A stretch of 64,000 nt of DNA from a virus (taxonomy: Duplodnaviria; Caudoviricetes). Where the stretch lies: IMG/VR virus record IMGVR_UViG_3300042342_001286; one strand, 5' to 3'. Below the pieces are notes generated by a model. That model made no database searches. It saw nothing but the letters and a program-made list of their open reading frames with translations, and was not told where the DNA came from. Position numbers and translations under genes: made by a program. This document shows, in pieces, positions 17,973-28,344 of the stretch. Position 1 is the stretch's first letter. The number at the start of each line of letters is the position of its first letter.

Positions 17973-18703
17973 GGTATATGGTTTACATTAATATTACGAA
18001 TTATTTCACCATTTTTCAAGTAATCAGGATATGTTTTTGTTGATTTTGACCTACAGAATCCATTCATATATGTCATTCTATCTTTCTTTGATTGATTTGG
18101 CTCACTACCATGAACAGATAAAACTGACCATATCAAAACATCACCTTTATTTGCGGTATATTTCTTACCACTTAAGTCACCTCTTTTAAATTCTCGTAAA
18201 TTATTTGGAAGCGGAATCCTCATTGTCTTATGTGAACCATCAATAAACTCAATTGCACCATTGTCCTCTGTTATTTCATCAACGGCAATTATTGTTTGGA
18301 AATAATCATCCTCTACATCGTTATTGAAATTTATATCCTCTCTAAACATAACGTCTTGATGCCACGCAAATTGATCTTGGTCACCACTTTCTCTAAAATA
18401 AATTTGATTATTTATTTGTTTAACATCATCACCAATAAAATTTTTAACCAAATTAATCATCCTTTCATCCGTTCTAATTTTATTCAGATATTCGTTAACA
18501 AGTGACGGAAAAAAAACTAACAATCTTTTACCATTTTTCTTTTCACTTGGTACGTGTGGATAACCACTTTTTTTAATATCCTCATCTCTCACAGAATAAG
18601 CATTCTTTTTAATTTCGTCACACTCTTCTGACGTAAAAACATTTGACATAACTATAATACCTTTTTCGTTATATTCTTTCTTAAGTTGTTCAAAATTAAT
18701 CAT
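17969..18703 (-). CDS. phytanoyl-CoA dioxygenase family (PhyH-like) 2OG oxygenase
   Basis: WHQD, EDNGAIEFIDGSH, HGSEPNQSKKDR. Confidence 0.85.
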   Translation of the reverse strand: MINFEQLKKEYNEKGIIVMSNVFTSEECDEIKKNAYSVRDEDIKKSGYPHVPSEKKNGKRLLVFFPSLVNEYLNKIRTDERMINLVKNFIGDDVKQINNQIYFRESGDQDQFAWHQDVMFREDINFNNDVEDDYFQTIIAVDEITEDNGAIEFIDGSHKTMRIPLPNNLREFKRGDLSGKKYTANKGDVLIWSVLSVHGSEPNQSKKDRMTYMNGFCRSKSTKTYPDYLKNGEIIRNINVNHIP

Positions 18704-19212
18704 AAGTATGGTCTGTATATTTTAAAATTATAATCCTTTTCATTTGGATTTCTTGAACCTTGGTGAACACTCCATGCTTTTTCAAAACCAACTTCCTTAA
18801 CACATTCGATAACTAAATCATTAAAGTGTCCGTATGGATATGCAAAATATCTCATAGGAAATGGGGGAGTAATTTCCTTTATTATTTCTTCTTTTGATAA
18901 TGTCCTTAAATCTGGATGACTCCAAGTATGCCAACCTATTTCAAAATCAAACTCTTCACACATTTCATGTATTTGTTCCCACGTACAATATTTTTCTAAC
19001 TTCGGTACATATTTTAAATCAAATGAATTGTCTCCACCGATGTAATTACCCATTACAAAAAAAATTCCGATCTTCTCTTTTAACACATCCTTGTTTTCAT
19101 AAACATTAAGATATATTCCATCAAAACCTAATGGTTCGTTTGATTTTAAAATTTGATCACGAGTGTGATAATTTGAATGTCTTATATCTCCTATATTATG
19201 TAGTAACCTCAT
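18700..19212 (-). CDS. polysaccharide deacetylase (NodB-like, short)
   Basis: GFDG, IGWHTWSHPDL, FAYPYG. Confidence 0.8.
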   Translation of the reverse strand: MRLLHNIGDIRHSNYHTRDQILKSNEPLGFDGIYLNVYENKDVLKEKIGIFFVMGNYIGGDNSFDLKYVPKLEKYCTWEQIHEMCEEFDFEIGWHTWSHPDLRTLSKEEIIKEITPPFPMRYFAYPYGHFNDLVIECVKEVGFEKAWSVHQGSRNPNEKDYNFKIYRPYL

Positions 19213-19675
19213 ATAATCTAATTATTTGTGTATATTCTCTATACTTAAATTCTATTTCTTTTATTATTTTACCATAGTCGGACCACAACATCCAATCTTT
19301 AATTCCACCAACCAGTATGTGTTTTTTTGATGACTCAAAAATCCAATTTCTTATTTGTTCATTATTATATTGACTATATAATGTACCGGTTGTCATTACC
19401 AAATCATACTTTTCCTCTGGTTTCATTAATCTAATAATGTTATTTGGTAATCTTAAGGACGCATTATCAGATAATTCTATTCCGTAAATTTTGTTTGCGG
19501 GTAAATCTGTCGTAATAAATCCTTCACCGCAACCAATATCTAATGCCGTATTATAGTTTTCTAATAATGATAATATTTTTTCTTTTCTAATAATATCATC
19601 ATTAGTTGTTTTATATGACCAAGGATCATTTTTTTTATACCAATCCTCTAATTCTTGTTTTGTTTGTTGTTTCAT
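19196..19675 (-). CDS. class I SAM-dependent methyltransferase
   Basis: DPW, LDIGCGEG. Confidence 0.8.
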   Translation of the reverse strand: MKQQTKQELEDWYKKNDPWSYKTTNDDIIRKEKILSLLENYNTALDIGCGEGFITTDLPANKIYGIELSDNASLRLPNNIIRLMKPEEKYDLVMTTGTLYSQYNNEQIRNWIFESSKKHILVGGIKDWMLWSDYGKIIKEIEFKYREYTQIIRLYEVTT

Positions 19676-19678
19676 AAT

Positions 19679-20254
19679 TTAATTATGTACGTATAGTGGT
19701 TTATTTATTTTTTTAATAGTTCCGTGAGGATATTTTCTTAGATACTCCTCAACAAATAAACCATCAGATTGTTCATATGTAATATCTAATTTTATATTTT
19801 TAGCCAAATCTGTTTTAGACATAAAATTACCGATGTCTATGGCACCTAATTTAGGAATTGAATTTAAAACAATGTATTGATTATTAACCCAATTGTGAAC
19901 CATATTACAATAAACAAAATGTGTGTTTTTTTCCACAGAATTTAAAAAATCTTCGACAAAGATTGGCATATAGTAATTATCGTCACCTGTCATAACAACC
20001 CATTCTTCCGTTGCATGTTGTAATCCATAATTTCTTGGGGTATGTCCCCAATCTTTATGTGGACCATTTAATTCTGTAAATCTTATTCTATCGTCACCGT
20101 TAAAATAATCTTTTACTTTTTGATAACCATCATAAACAGCATCTGCAACAACGTGTATTTTCCAATTAGGTGATGTTTGTGAATATATAGAACTTATCAC
20201 ACCCATTAATTGATGAGGTCTATTGTATGTCGGTATAATAAATTCTATTTTCAT
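19679..20254 (-). CDS. GT2 glycosyltransferase
   Basis: IIPTYNR, WGHTPRNYGL, TGDDN. Confidence 0.85.
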   Translation of the reverse strand: MKIEFIIPTYNRPHQLMGVISSIYSQTSPNWKIHVVADAVYDGYQKVKDYFNGDDRIRFTELNGPHKDWGHTPRNYGLQHATEEWVVMTGDDNYYMPIFVEDFLNSVEKNTHFVYCNMVHNWVNNQYIVLNSIPKLGAIDIGNFMSKTDLAKNIKLDITYEQSDGLFVEEYLRKYPHGTIKKINKPLYVHN

Positions 20255-21273
20255 TTAATAATTTCTTTGTTTATCCAATTAAATGTTTTTATTAGTCCAT
20301 CATATAAAGGTTGTTTTGGTGACCAATTTAATTTTTCTTTAATTAAAGTATTGTCACTATTTCTACCTCTAACACCTGTGGGACCATCAATATGTTTAAT
20401 ATTAACCATTTTACCACTAATATCAATAACATAATTAACTAAATCATTTATTGATATCATTTCATCACTACCAATATTAATTGGTCCCATGAAATCGGAT
20501 TCCATTAATCTCAAAACACCCTCAACACATTCATCGATATATAAAAAAGAACGTGTTTGATTTCCATCACCCCACACTTCAATTTCACCACCATCTAAAA
20601 CTTCAGAAACTTTTCTACATATGGCTGCGGGTGCCTTTTCTTTTCCTCCTTTATAAGTTCCGTAAGGACCAAAAATGTTATGAAATCTGGCGATTCTAAC
20701 ATCTAATTTATAATTTCTATTAAATGCTAAAAACATTCTTTCACTAAATAATTTTTCCCAACCGTATTCTGAATCAGGATTCGCCGGATAGGCAGAAGAT
20801 TCTTCACAATTAGGGTTATTGGGATCTAATTGATTATGTTCAGGATACATACATGCTGATGAGGAATAAAAAACTTTTTTAACATTTTGTTTTGAACATT
20901 CATGTGCAACATTTAAATTAATCATTGCAGAATTGTGCATGACATCAGCATCATTATCACCACTAAAAATATAACCAGCACCACCCATATCTGCAGCTAA
21001 TTGATACACCTCATCGAAATGTAATCTTTCTGAAAATGGGTATAGATCAAATTTATATGTTAAAGGAGAATTTTTATATGCCTCTAATCTTACCACAGAC
21101 TCAACATTTTTAGGATCTCTTAAATCACGGATAACAAAATCATCTGCAGCACTTGTTTCATATTCGGGATATTTTAAATCAACTCCTCTAACCCAACATC
21201 CTTGTTCTTTTAATTTTTTTACTAAATGTGAACCGATGAATCCACCTGCACCTAATACTAATACTTTTTTCAT
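20251..21273 (-). CDS. GDP-mannose 3',5'-epimerase-like NAD-dependent epimerase
   Basis: GAGGFIG, LAADMGG, SSACMYP, YGWEK, GKEKAPAA, GVRGRNSDN. Confidence 0.85.
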   Translation of the reverse strand: MKKVLVLGAGGFIGSHLVKKLKEQGCWVRGVDLKYPEYETSAADDFVIRDLRDPKNVESVVRLEAYKNSPLTYKFDLYPFSERLHFDEVYQLAADMGGAGYIFSGDNDADVMHNSAMINLNVAHECSKQNVKKVFYSSSACMYPEHNQLDPNNPNCEESSAYPANPDSEYGWEKLFSERMFLAFNRNYKLDVRIARFHNIFGPYGTYKGGKEKAPAAICRKVSEVLDGGEIEVWGDGNQTRSFLYIDECVEGVLRLMESDFMGPINIGSDEMISINDLVNYVIDISGKMVNIKHIDGPTGVRGRNSDNTLIKEKLNWSPKQPLYDGLIKTFNWINKEIIK

Positions 21274-21274
21274 A

Positions 21275-22270
21275 TTATTTTGTTTTCCAAAATGAGTAAA
21301 TTCCTTTATCTAATTCGTAGAATGGCCATACGAATCTCTCTCTAACTGGTTGTGTTTTAACCCACTCCCACATTTTAGTTAGACCTTCTTTTAAATCTGT
21401 CTTATGTTCAAAATCTAACAAGTCAATTGACTTTTGCCAAGTTGGTATAGAGTGTTTCACTTCATGTCTACCTTCAAAATATTTTACCTCACCTCCACCA
21501 ACAACTTCACGTAAAATTTCATTAGCTTCGTTTATTGAATATTCTTTAACACCACCTAAGTTAATAATTTCTTTTGATGCTCTTTTATCCTGTGATGCTT
21601 TCCATAATGGTTCAAGACTGTCATCAATATAACTGAAAGCTCTTGTTTGTGTACCGTCACCAAATATTGTCATAGGTTCGTTGATTGTATGTTGATACAT
21701 CCATATACCTAATACGTTTCTATATTTGTCCCATACGTTCTGTTTAACACCGTAAACGTTGTGTGGTCTAATAATACACCAATCAAGTCCATGTTGCTCA
21801 CCAGCAATCTGTATATCCATTTCACAACCATATTTAGCAACACCGTACGGGTCAATAGGCTTAGGTACTTGAATTTCGTCAAATATATTACCATCCTGGT
21901 GACCATATACCGCCAATGTAGACGTGAATACTAATCTTTTAATATTGTGTTTAATACATTGTGTAATAATGCGCGACGTTGCAACTAAATTGTTTTGATA
22001 GTTATATGTTCTAATGAATGGGGATAATCCCTCAGCGGCATATGCTGCGAAATGGTAAACATAATCAAATTGATGTCTTTCAAAACATTCACTAATATTA
22101 CCATTAACTAAATTCATTTCCCATAACTCAACCTTTGGATTAACATTCTCCCTATATCCACCACTCATATCATCAATACCAACGATATAAACATCTGAAT
22201 GATTTTCAATAATGTAATCCGATAATCTTGAACCTAACAATCCCGCAACTCCTGTAATTAATATTTTCAT
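21275..22270 (-). CDS. NAD-dependent nucleotide-sugar epimerase/dehydratase
   Basis: TGVAGLLG, YGVAK, RPHNVYG. Confidence 0.85.
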   Translation of the reverse strand: MKILITGVAGLLGSRLSDYIIENHSDVYIVGIDDMSGGYRENVNPKVELWEMNLVNGNISECFERHQFDYVYHFAAYAAEGLSPFIRTYNYQNNLVATSRIITQCIKHNIKRLVFTSTLAVYGHQDGNIFDEIQVPKPIDPYGVAKYGCEMDIQIAGEQHGLDWCIIRPHNVYGVKQNVWDKYRNVLGIWMYQHTINEPMTIFGDGTQTRAFSYIDDSLEPLWKASQDKRASKEIINLGGVKEYSINEANEILREVVGGGEVKYFEGRHEVKHSIPTWQKSIDLLDFEHKTDLKEGLTKMWEWVKTQPVRERFVWPFYELDKGIYSFWKTK

Positions 22271-22881
22271 ACTTTATAATAATTTTCTTTTAAATCATTT
22301 TCATTTATATAATTTATTTTTTTCATAATGACTTGATAACCGTTATACACTATTTCTAAATATTTGTGATATCCATGATAAAACGCGTCAGCACCAGTTT
22401 TAACTTGTAAATATTGATCTTGTTCAAGTCCTCCACCGTAATCATCAAAGATAATATAACCATAATCTTTCAAACAGTAAAATGCATTTACAGCATCTTC
22501 TAAAACATATTTACACATATGATTACCATCTATGTAAACAAAGTCTAAAAACTCTTTAGTTTCACCATTATGGTTAAATGTTTTAAAACTATCGGCCGAT
22601 TCACCTAAAATATATGTTACCTTATCTTTATATGGTTTAATATTATTTTCAATAAATTCATTTGTATTGATATCCATTATATAATGATGTGAACCTTCTT
22701 TTTTACAAAATTCATCTAAAATGTAAACTGATGATCCACCATACAATGCACCTATTTCTAAACATACTCTTGGTTCATTACCATAGTTAGGTAAAAAATG
22801 CTCCCACGAATCTACATGATTTAAAAAGAAATAACGTTCTCCTTCTGGATACTTAAAATGTTTTGGATATTGATAACTCAT
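22267..22881 (-). CDS. class I SAM-dependent methyltransferase
   Basis: LEIGALYG, VYIDGNH, IIFDDY. Confidence 0.8.
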   Translation of the reverse strand: MSYQYPKHFKYPEGERYFFLNHVDSWEHFLPNYGNEPRVCLEIGALYGGSSVYILDEFCKKEGSHHYIMDINTNEFIENNIKPYKDKVTYILGESADSFKTFNHNGETKEFLDFVYIDGNHMCKYVLEDAVNAFYCLKDYGYIIFDDYGGGLEQDQYLQVKTGADAFYHGYHKYLEIVYNGYQVIMKKINYINENDLKENYYKV

Positions 22882-23498
22882 AATGAACTATAGTAATTGT
22901 TTTGTTTTTCTTGACGATCAATCGTCTTATGGTGTTGTATACAATATTCTTCATCTAAAGGTAATGATGAAAATTTCTGACCACCTATTATTCGTTCGTG
23001 AACCTTACCATACCAACTCATACCTTTACGGTATATTCGTCCTTGAGCATCGGGAAAGTTTACCCATCCTTTTTCATTAACATTCCAACCCCATTTATTA
23101 ATGTGTTCTTGTGTTATACCATTAACTGTATTAATACGAGGAACAAATATTAAATCAACCTTTGGATTTAATTCTAATATTTGATTAAGATTTTTAACTA
23201 TATATTCACTAACCATTTCATCGGCATCTATTTGATAGATGTAATCTCCCTGACAGTAGTCATTTAATTTATTTTTCCAATCTGCAAAGTTACCTTCAAA
23301 ATCAAAACCTCTCCACGTTTGAACGTGAGGGAATTTATTATATGGTAATAAGAAATCTAATATTTCGGAATTGCCGTTCTTCTCATCATAGAGAATAACA
23401 ATCTCGTCTTCCTTTCTTTTATGTTTAAATAAAAATGAAACCAATTTTTTTATTTCCTCTAATTCATTACAAACTGTAATTGCAAAACTTATTTTCAT
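22878..23498 (-). CDS. GT2 glycosyltransferase
   Basis: FAITVCNE, QIDADE, HERI. Confidence 0.8.
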   Translation of the reverse strand: MKISFAITVCNELEEIKKLVSFLFKHKRKEDEIVILYDEKNGNSEILDFLLPYNKFPHVQTWRGFDFEGNFADWKNKLNDYCQGDYIYQIDADEMVSEYIVKNLNQILELNPKVDLIFVPRINTVNGITQEHINKWGWNVNEKGWVNFPDAQGRIYRKGMSWYGKVHERIIGGQKFSSLPLDEEYCIQHHKTIDRQEKQNNYYSSL

Positions 23499-23499
23499 A

Positions 23500-23742
23500 T
23501 TATGCTCTTTGTCCTCCGTTTATTCTTCCCGTTAATATATTTATTACTTCGTTGTCAATTTCTTCCACAATTTGTTCCGACATTAATCTTGTTAATTCGG
23601 CCTCAGCATCAATTGAGTAAACGGTATTTAAATCATCAACCAACTCAGGTCTCCATTGAGCACGTAGTGTTCTAACGATATTCTGAATACCTTCTGATTG
23701 AATTGTTATCCCATGAAAAAATCTAAACTCTCTAACACCCAT
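23500..23742 (-). CDS. 80-aa protein containing a T4 gp23-type major capsid spine-helix segment
   Basis: RTLRAQWRPELVDDL...IDAEAELTRLMSEQIVEEIDNEVI matches the recalled gp23 pattern RKLKAQWTxELAQDL...DAEAELxxILSxEIxxEIxREI. Confidence 0.7.
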   Translation of the reverse strand: MGVREFRFFHGITIQSEGIQNIVRTLRAQWRPELVDDLNTVYSIDAEAELTRLMSEQIVEEIDNEVINILTGRINGGQRA

Positions 23743-25004
23743 TATTTAACTTTATTTAACTTAGGTAAAATTAATTTGGTTTGTTGTGGAGGAGGTTGAA
23801 ACGCAATTGAATATGGTTTTAATATCTCCTCAAAACGTTCTTTCATTTTTTCTAAAGAAAAGTTTTGTTTATTCTCTTCTTTAAGTTTTAAAGATTTTAG
23901 TAAGAAATTACTATAATCGTTTCTAGCTATTTTCATAATTTCAGCAACTTCACCATAATTTGCGGTAAACCATTTAGATCCTTTAATAATAAACTGATCA
24001 ATTGCACTATCGTCAACATCTGTTAATTTACCACCAATCATAATTGATTTATCAACAGATAAAAAATCTTTATGACCCGACCAATTGGAAGCCATTACAG
24101 GTTTACCAGTCATTGTAAATTCTAATAAAGGTCTACCAAATCCCTCACCTTTAGTTAGTGAAACCATTAGTTTAATTTTTGGATGGTTATATAGATCATT
24201 CATTTCTTTATTACTTAAATCACCAAATAATAAATAAATAGACGGAGGATTTTTAATATCAGAAACAATATCTTTTATTTTTTTAGTAAAAACTTCCCTT
24301 TCTTTAATTGAAAAACTTGATGATGATGTTTTTAACACTAACGCTGGCATATCATTACCATCCTTAAATGCCTCAACAAAACATTTAATCAACATACCGA
24401 TGTCTTTCCTGTCTTGACCTATGTTTCCTTTTAACCAATGACCAACAAATAAAAATGCGAAGTTTTCTTTAATATCTAATTTAAAATCTTTATTGATTAC
24501 ATCATTAAAGATTGATGTATCAACACCTTCAAATAACACTTCAATTGGTTTTGTTATCTTATGTTGATTAGTTAATTCATTTGTTGTTTTATTTCTTTCA
24601 TCATAAACTGTAGATAATAAAACATCTTTAGAAAAATTAGATGTTGTAATTATTAAATCCATTTGATTACAACCATCAATCCAATCTTTAGGTGCAACAG
24701 TTGTTTCAATTCCTGCGGTGATACCTATATTAAATTTACCAAATCTTTTAAATTCATTAGGTACCGTTACTTGTATATAGATATCAGGTAGACCGTCAAA
24801 TTTATAAACGATATTACTTTCAATCCATTTATGAAATGTATTATCCGGTTCCAAAGCAGTCATGGGAGTATTCCCCCACATACAACTATCAATTTTAATA
24901 TCAAATAAATTCATTTGATACAATGCCTCTAATAAATCTCTTGAGTGTGAACCATATCCACTTCTTGTTTTAACTGGTCCTCTAAATAATATTGTTGGTT
25001 TCAT
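23742..25004 (-). CDS. GT4 glycosyltransferase
   Basis: RSGYG, FVGHW, RKDI, KGEGFGRPLLEF. Confidence 0.85.
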   Translation of the reverse strand: MKPTILFRGPVKTRSGYGSHSRDLLEALYQMNLFDIKIDSCMWGNTPMTALEPDNTFHKWIESNIVYKFDGLPDIYIQVTVPNEFKRFGKFNIGITAGIETTVAPKDWIDGCNQMDLIITTSNFSKDVLLSTVYDERNKTTNELTNQHKITKPIEVLFEGVDTSIFNDVINKDFKLDIKENFAFLFVGHWLKGNIGQDRKDIGMLIKCFVEAFKDGNDMPALVLKTSSSSFSIKEREVFTKKIKDIVSDIKNPPSIYLLFGDLSNKEMNDLYNHPKIKLMVSLTKGEGFGRPLLEFTMTGKPVMASNWSGHKDFLSVDKSIMIGGKLTDVDDSAIDQFIIKGSKWFTANYGEVAEIMKIARNDYSNFLLKSLKLKEENKQNFSLEKMKERFEEILKPYSIAFQPPPQQTKLILPKLNKVK

Positions 25005-26365
25005 TAAATTACTTTATATAAATTAAATCTTTCACGTGGTGTAAAATTCTTTATTGTTTTTTGTATTCCTTCACTCATAGCATCACACATAACTTTTGAC
25101 GATAAGTTATTGATTGCCCACTCTCTTCCCACTTGACCATTCTCTTTTCTTTTTTCTTTACCTAACAAATACATTTCAGTAATAGCATCAGCAACTTCTT
25201 CATCATTAACTCTATCATCATAAATGTAAGGTGTTAATGGGGATCCATTAATGTTAATTGCGGAAGGCCATATTGGTTTAACCCACACACCATAAGGTGT
25301 ATCTTTATGAATTTGTTTATTGTGTAAAGTTTTAATATTGACGTAATCATCCGCAGTATAATTAAACCCACATTGATCTTGTAAACCACCCGTTACACTA
25401 ACAATAATCGGTGTACCAGCCATAATACTCTCAGCGGTACCTAAACCAAATCCCTCATTGTTTGCAATGTTAATCGTACAGTCAGCAATATTATAGAGTT
25501 TATTTAACACATCACTTTCAATTTTATTAGTTGAGAAAACCACATCATAATTAGGACATATTTTATCCCTAACCGCATATAGATCTGTACCATTGTTATC
25601 AATCGGAGTTGTATGCATAACTAAAACACATTTATCTGATTGTTCTTTGGTTAACTTATCACAAAATAATTTAAATGACTCAATAACATCTGAAGGTTGT
25701 TTTCTACGAATATTTCTACTGTTAAAAAATAAAACAAAGTCATATTCTTTATCACCAAACAAACCTTTTTTAACGTCAATCAATTCTTTATCCTCCAACG
25801 GTTTAAATGTATCTTGATTGATACCATGAGGAACATAACTAATTTGCCAATCTTGTAATGGTTTACGAAACTCATCTTCCATTTTACCAACACGATTAAC
25901 AATACCATAAGTTAATTTGGATATACATCCTAACCAATCACAACTTTCGTAGTAATCTTTATTGTACATTGGGTCAGGTAAATTGTCCCATATATGATAA
26001 TATAAAATTGGGACTTGTTGTCTTATTTCATGTTCGGAGTCATATAACCATTGCCAATAATGGGGGTCAGTAAAATGTAAGATAGCATCTATTTTCATTT
26101 CTGATAATATCTTTCTTAACATTACAATATCACCATATGAATTATATGGTATAATTTTTAATTCAGCATCTTTAACTCCTGTCTTTTGTCTAGCATCTTC
26201 GTTAACGTCAACAAATTTACCAGCTTCATGATGATTAATTCCAGCACCCAATTGAACCCAATTAAATCTATCCAAAGTACCCATTACAAATTCTCTAGAC
26301 ATTGTGGAAATACCTGAAGTCATTCGTAAATCATCTGACAGTAATAGTATTCTTGGTTTACCCAT
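25004..26365 (-). CDS. GT4 glycosyltransferase
   Basis: VPHG, RNIRRK, NEGFGLGTAES; ATG start chosen at MGKPR. Confidence 0.85.
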   Translation of the reverse strand: MGKPRILLLSDDLRMTSGISTMSREFVMGTLDRFNWVQLGAGINHHEAGKFVDVNEDARQKTGVKDAELKIIPYNSYGDIVMLRKILSEMKIDAILHFTDPHYWQWLYDSEHEIRQQVPILYYHIWDNLPDPMYNKDYYESCDWLGCISKLTYGIVNRVGKMEDEFRKPLQDWQISYVPHGINQDTFKPLEDKELIDVKKGLFGDKEYDFVLFFNSRNIRRKQPSDVIESFKLFCDKLTKEQSDKCVLVMHTTPIDNNGTDLYAVRDKICPNYDVVFSTNKIESDVLNKLYNIADCTINIANNEGFGLGTAESIMAGTPIIVSVTGGLQDQCGFNYTADDYVNIKTLHNKQIHKDTPYGVWVKPIWPSAININGSPLTPYIYDDRVNDEEVADAITEMYLLGKEKRKENGQVGREWAINNLSSKVMCDAMSEGIQKTIKNFTPRERFNLYKVI

Positions 26366-26366
26366 A

Positions 26367-26564
26367 TTAATATTTTGATCCACTCACAGATAAATCTGTG
26401 TAGTTATTTATTTTATTTCTAAACACATCATCTTTAACATAAAGATCTAAAGTACGATTAACTAACTTTTGTAAATTAATATTACCATCAATTGCATTTA
26501 TTTTAAATTTTCTGTAAACGTCTTCCAATACATGGACACTCGTTAATTTTTTTTCTACTTTCAT
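26367..26564 (-). CDS. small putative ribbon-helix-helix DNA-binding protein
   Basis: LTSVHV strand followed by two predicted helices. Confidence 0.5.
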   Translation of the reverse strand: MKVEKKLTSVHVLEDVYRKFKINAIDGNINLQKLVNRTLDLYVKDDVFRNKINNYTDLSVSGSKY

Positions 26565-26654
26565 ATTCAAATATATATTTATTGATATATTAGATAACCA
26601 AAAAAATATCATCGATTAAGACGATATTTTTGATTATCATTAATGTTGAGGATA

Positions 26655-26825
26655 TTACGAATTAAGTTGATTTAATTTCGCAACAATCGCGTCAACTGTT
26701 TTTTGTTGTTCTTCAGTCAACGTTGGAGTTTGGTTAGTAATCTGAGCTTCGTCTAAACTAACCTTAATTTCCGTTGGTTGATTTACAACCTCCGTGTTTT
26801 TACTTTTTTTGCATCCACATCCCAT
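26655..26825 (-). CDS. 56-aa protein with MGCGCK start
   Basis: Read directly; absent from the ORF track; TATTTATA upstream on this strand. Confidence 0.65.
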   Translation of the reverse strand: MGCGCKKSKNTEVVNQPTEIKVSLDEAQITNQTPTLTEEQQKTVDAIVAKLNQLNS

Positions 26826-26908
26826 AGTATTTCTTTTTTTATAAATATTTTGGTTTATTGTTTTTATTTCTTATATTTTAATAATACAAAAAATAAATTT
26901 AAATATCA

Positions 26909-27598
26909 ATGGATAAGGACTTTAAAATGGTGAAAAGTGTCTACACCTCAAACTACGACGCAATTACAAACATAATGCACCTCTATAACATAGAAAGGTT
27001 TGATTTAGACTGTACATATTCTAAGGGTAGTTTTTGGAAAGATCTACCTGGACCCGTTTATAAGACAGATTTGATACCAGCAAACGATACAGTAGTTGAG
27101 GCCAATTCTGAGAATCTACCGTTTGAGGATGGGTCAATGAGAACCATTATGTACGATCCTCCATTCGTTGTGGCGGGAGCATCTTATAAGAACAATAAAG
27201 AGGGTAGTTCAATCATTGCGAAAAGATTTGAGGGTTATACCAACTATAAAGAATTAACTGAAAATTATTACAATACATTAAAGGAATTATATAGAGTGTG
27301 TCAGAAAGGTGGGTATGTTGTAATGAAATGTCAGGATACCGTGTCAGGGGGTAAGAATCACTTTACACATTGTCTTATTATGAATATGGCAATGGAGATT
27401 GGGTTTTATCCAAGAGATATGTTTATTCTTCATAACAAGGTGAGGATCAACAGTTTCGGAACTAAATGGACTAAGCAAGAACATGCAAGGAAATATCACA
27501 GTTATTATTGGGTGTTTGAGAAAGTGAAACCAAGGGTTAAGTATAATTTTCTAACTCCACTTATTGAACTGGATTCTGAGGAGATCCCAAATACATAG
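26909..27598 (+). CDS. orphan amino (N6A/N4C) DNA methyltransferase-like protein
   Basis: DCTYSKG followed by YDPPF. Confidence 0.7.
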   Translation: MDKDFKMVKSVYTSNYDAITNIMHLYNIERFDLDCTYSKGSFWKDLPGPVYKTDLIPANDTVVEANSENLPFEDGSMRTIMYDPPFVVAGASYKNNKEGSSIIAKRFEGYTNYKELTENYYNTLKELYRVCQKGGYVVMKCQDTVSGGKNHFTHCLIMNMAMEIGFYPRDMFILHNKVRINSFGTKWTKQEHARKYHSYYWVFEKVKPRVKYNFLTPLIELDSEEIPNT

Positions 27599-27926
27599 CA
27601 ACTTTGTCACCAATTTTCCATCCATCGGTGGAACCGGCGGGAAATTCGATGACATGGTCACCAATACCTGTGTAACGGGGTAAGGTCATACGATGAGGAT
27701 CTTCAACGGGACAATTACGATGAATATGACTGATGTGTTTATTGAGGATAAAAACGATATCTAATGGGATTAAACAGTTCTTCATCCAAAACGAATGATG
27801 ACCTCTACCCATTTTGAATACCATACAACCGTTTAATTCTTCTCTACCCATCATACCTCTTTCAATATCCTCAGGTGTGGATAAGTATTCGGCGGCGAAT
27901 GTTTTGTTATTAATGTGAACTGACAT
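27561..27926 (-). CDS. DUF192 family protein
   Basis: GMMGR, GCMVF, FWMKNCLIPLDIVF, VIE. Confidence 0.85.
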   Translation of the reverse strand: MSVHINNKTFAAEYLSTPEDIERGMMGREELNGCMVFKMGRGHHSFWMKNCLIPLDIVFILNKHISHIHRNCPVEDPHRMTLPRYTGIGDHVIEFPAGSTDGWKIGDKVAMYLGSPQNPVQ

Positions 27927-27973
27927 ATCTATAATTATTTGGAATTATAAAAATATATCATTATATTTAAACT

Positions 27974-28225
27974 ATGGAAAGTATATTCGGAGGTTTAATA
28001 GAATTTAATACGGAAAATGACTTTGATGAATTTGTTAAAGACATCAATGAAAAAAACGCACTTTCAATTATTGAAAAGGCTTTTGAATATGGTCATCATA
28101 ATAATTTATATACGGTGCAAGAAACGTATTTTATTTATAAATGTTTAAAAAAATTAAAAGACGATGCAAATAAAAATCAAAGAGATCATCTACATAATGA
28201 TGATACTAACGGGGATATTGGTTGA
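27974..28225 (+). CDS. hypothetical protein
   Basis: ORF behind a host-type promoter-like AT motif. Confidence 0.55.
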   Translation: MESIFGGLIEFNTENDFDEFVKDINEKNALSIIEKAFEYGHHNNLYTVQETYFIYKCLKKLKDDANKNQRDHLHNDDTNGDIG

Positions 28226-28343
28226 GAAATACGGACTTAAAGGTGCGAATCCTGAATTGGTAAAATACTTTGGATGGGGGGTGATTAGCCTCGGTTCATT
28301 CAATTTAGTATTAGATTACATTAGAAAACCTAAAAAGAAATAA
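28164..28343 (+). CDS. 59-aa membrane protein
   Basis: Read directly (MQIKIKEIIY...); two hydrophobic stretches. Confidence 0.5.
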   Translation: MQIKIKEIIYIMMILTGILVEKYGLKGANPELVKYFGWGVISLGSFNLVLDYIRKPKKK

Positions 28344-28344
28344 T

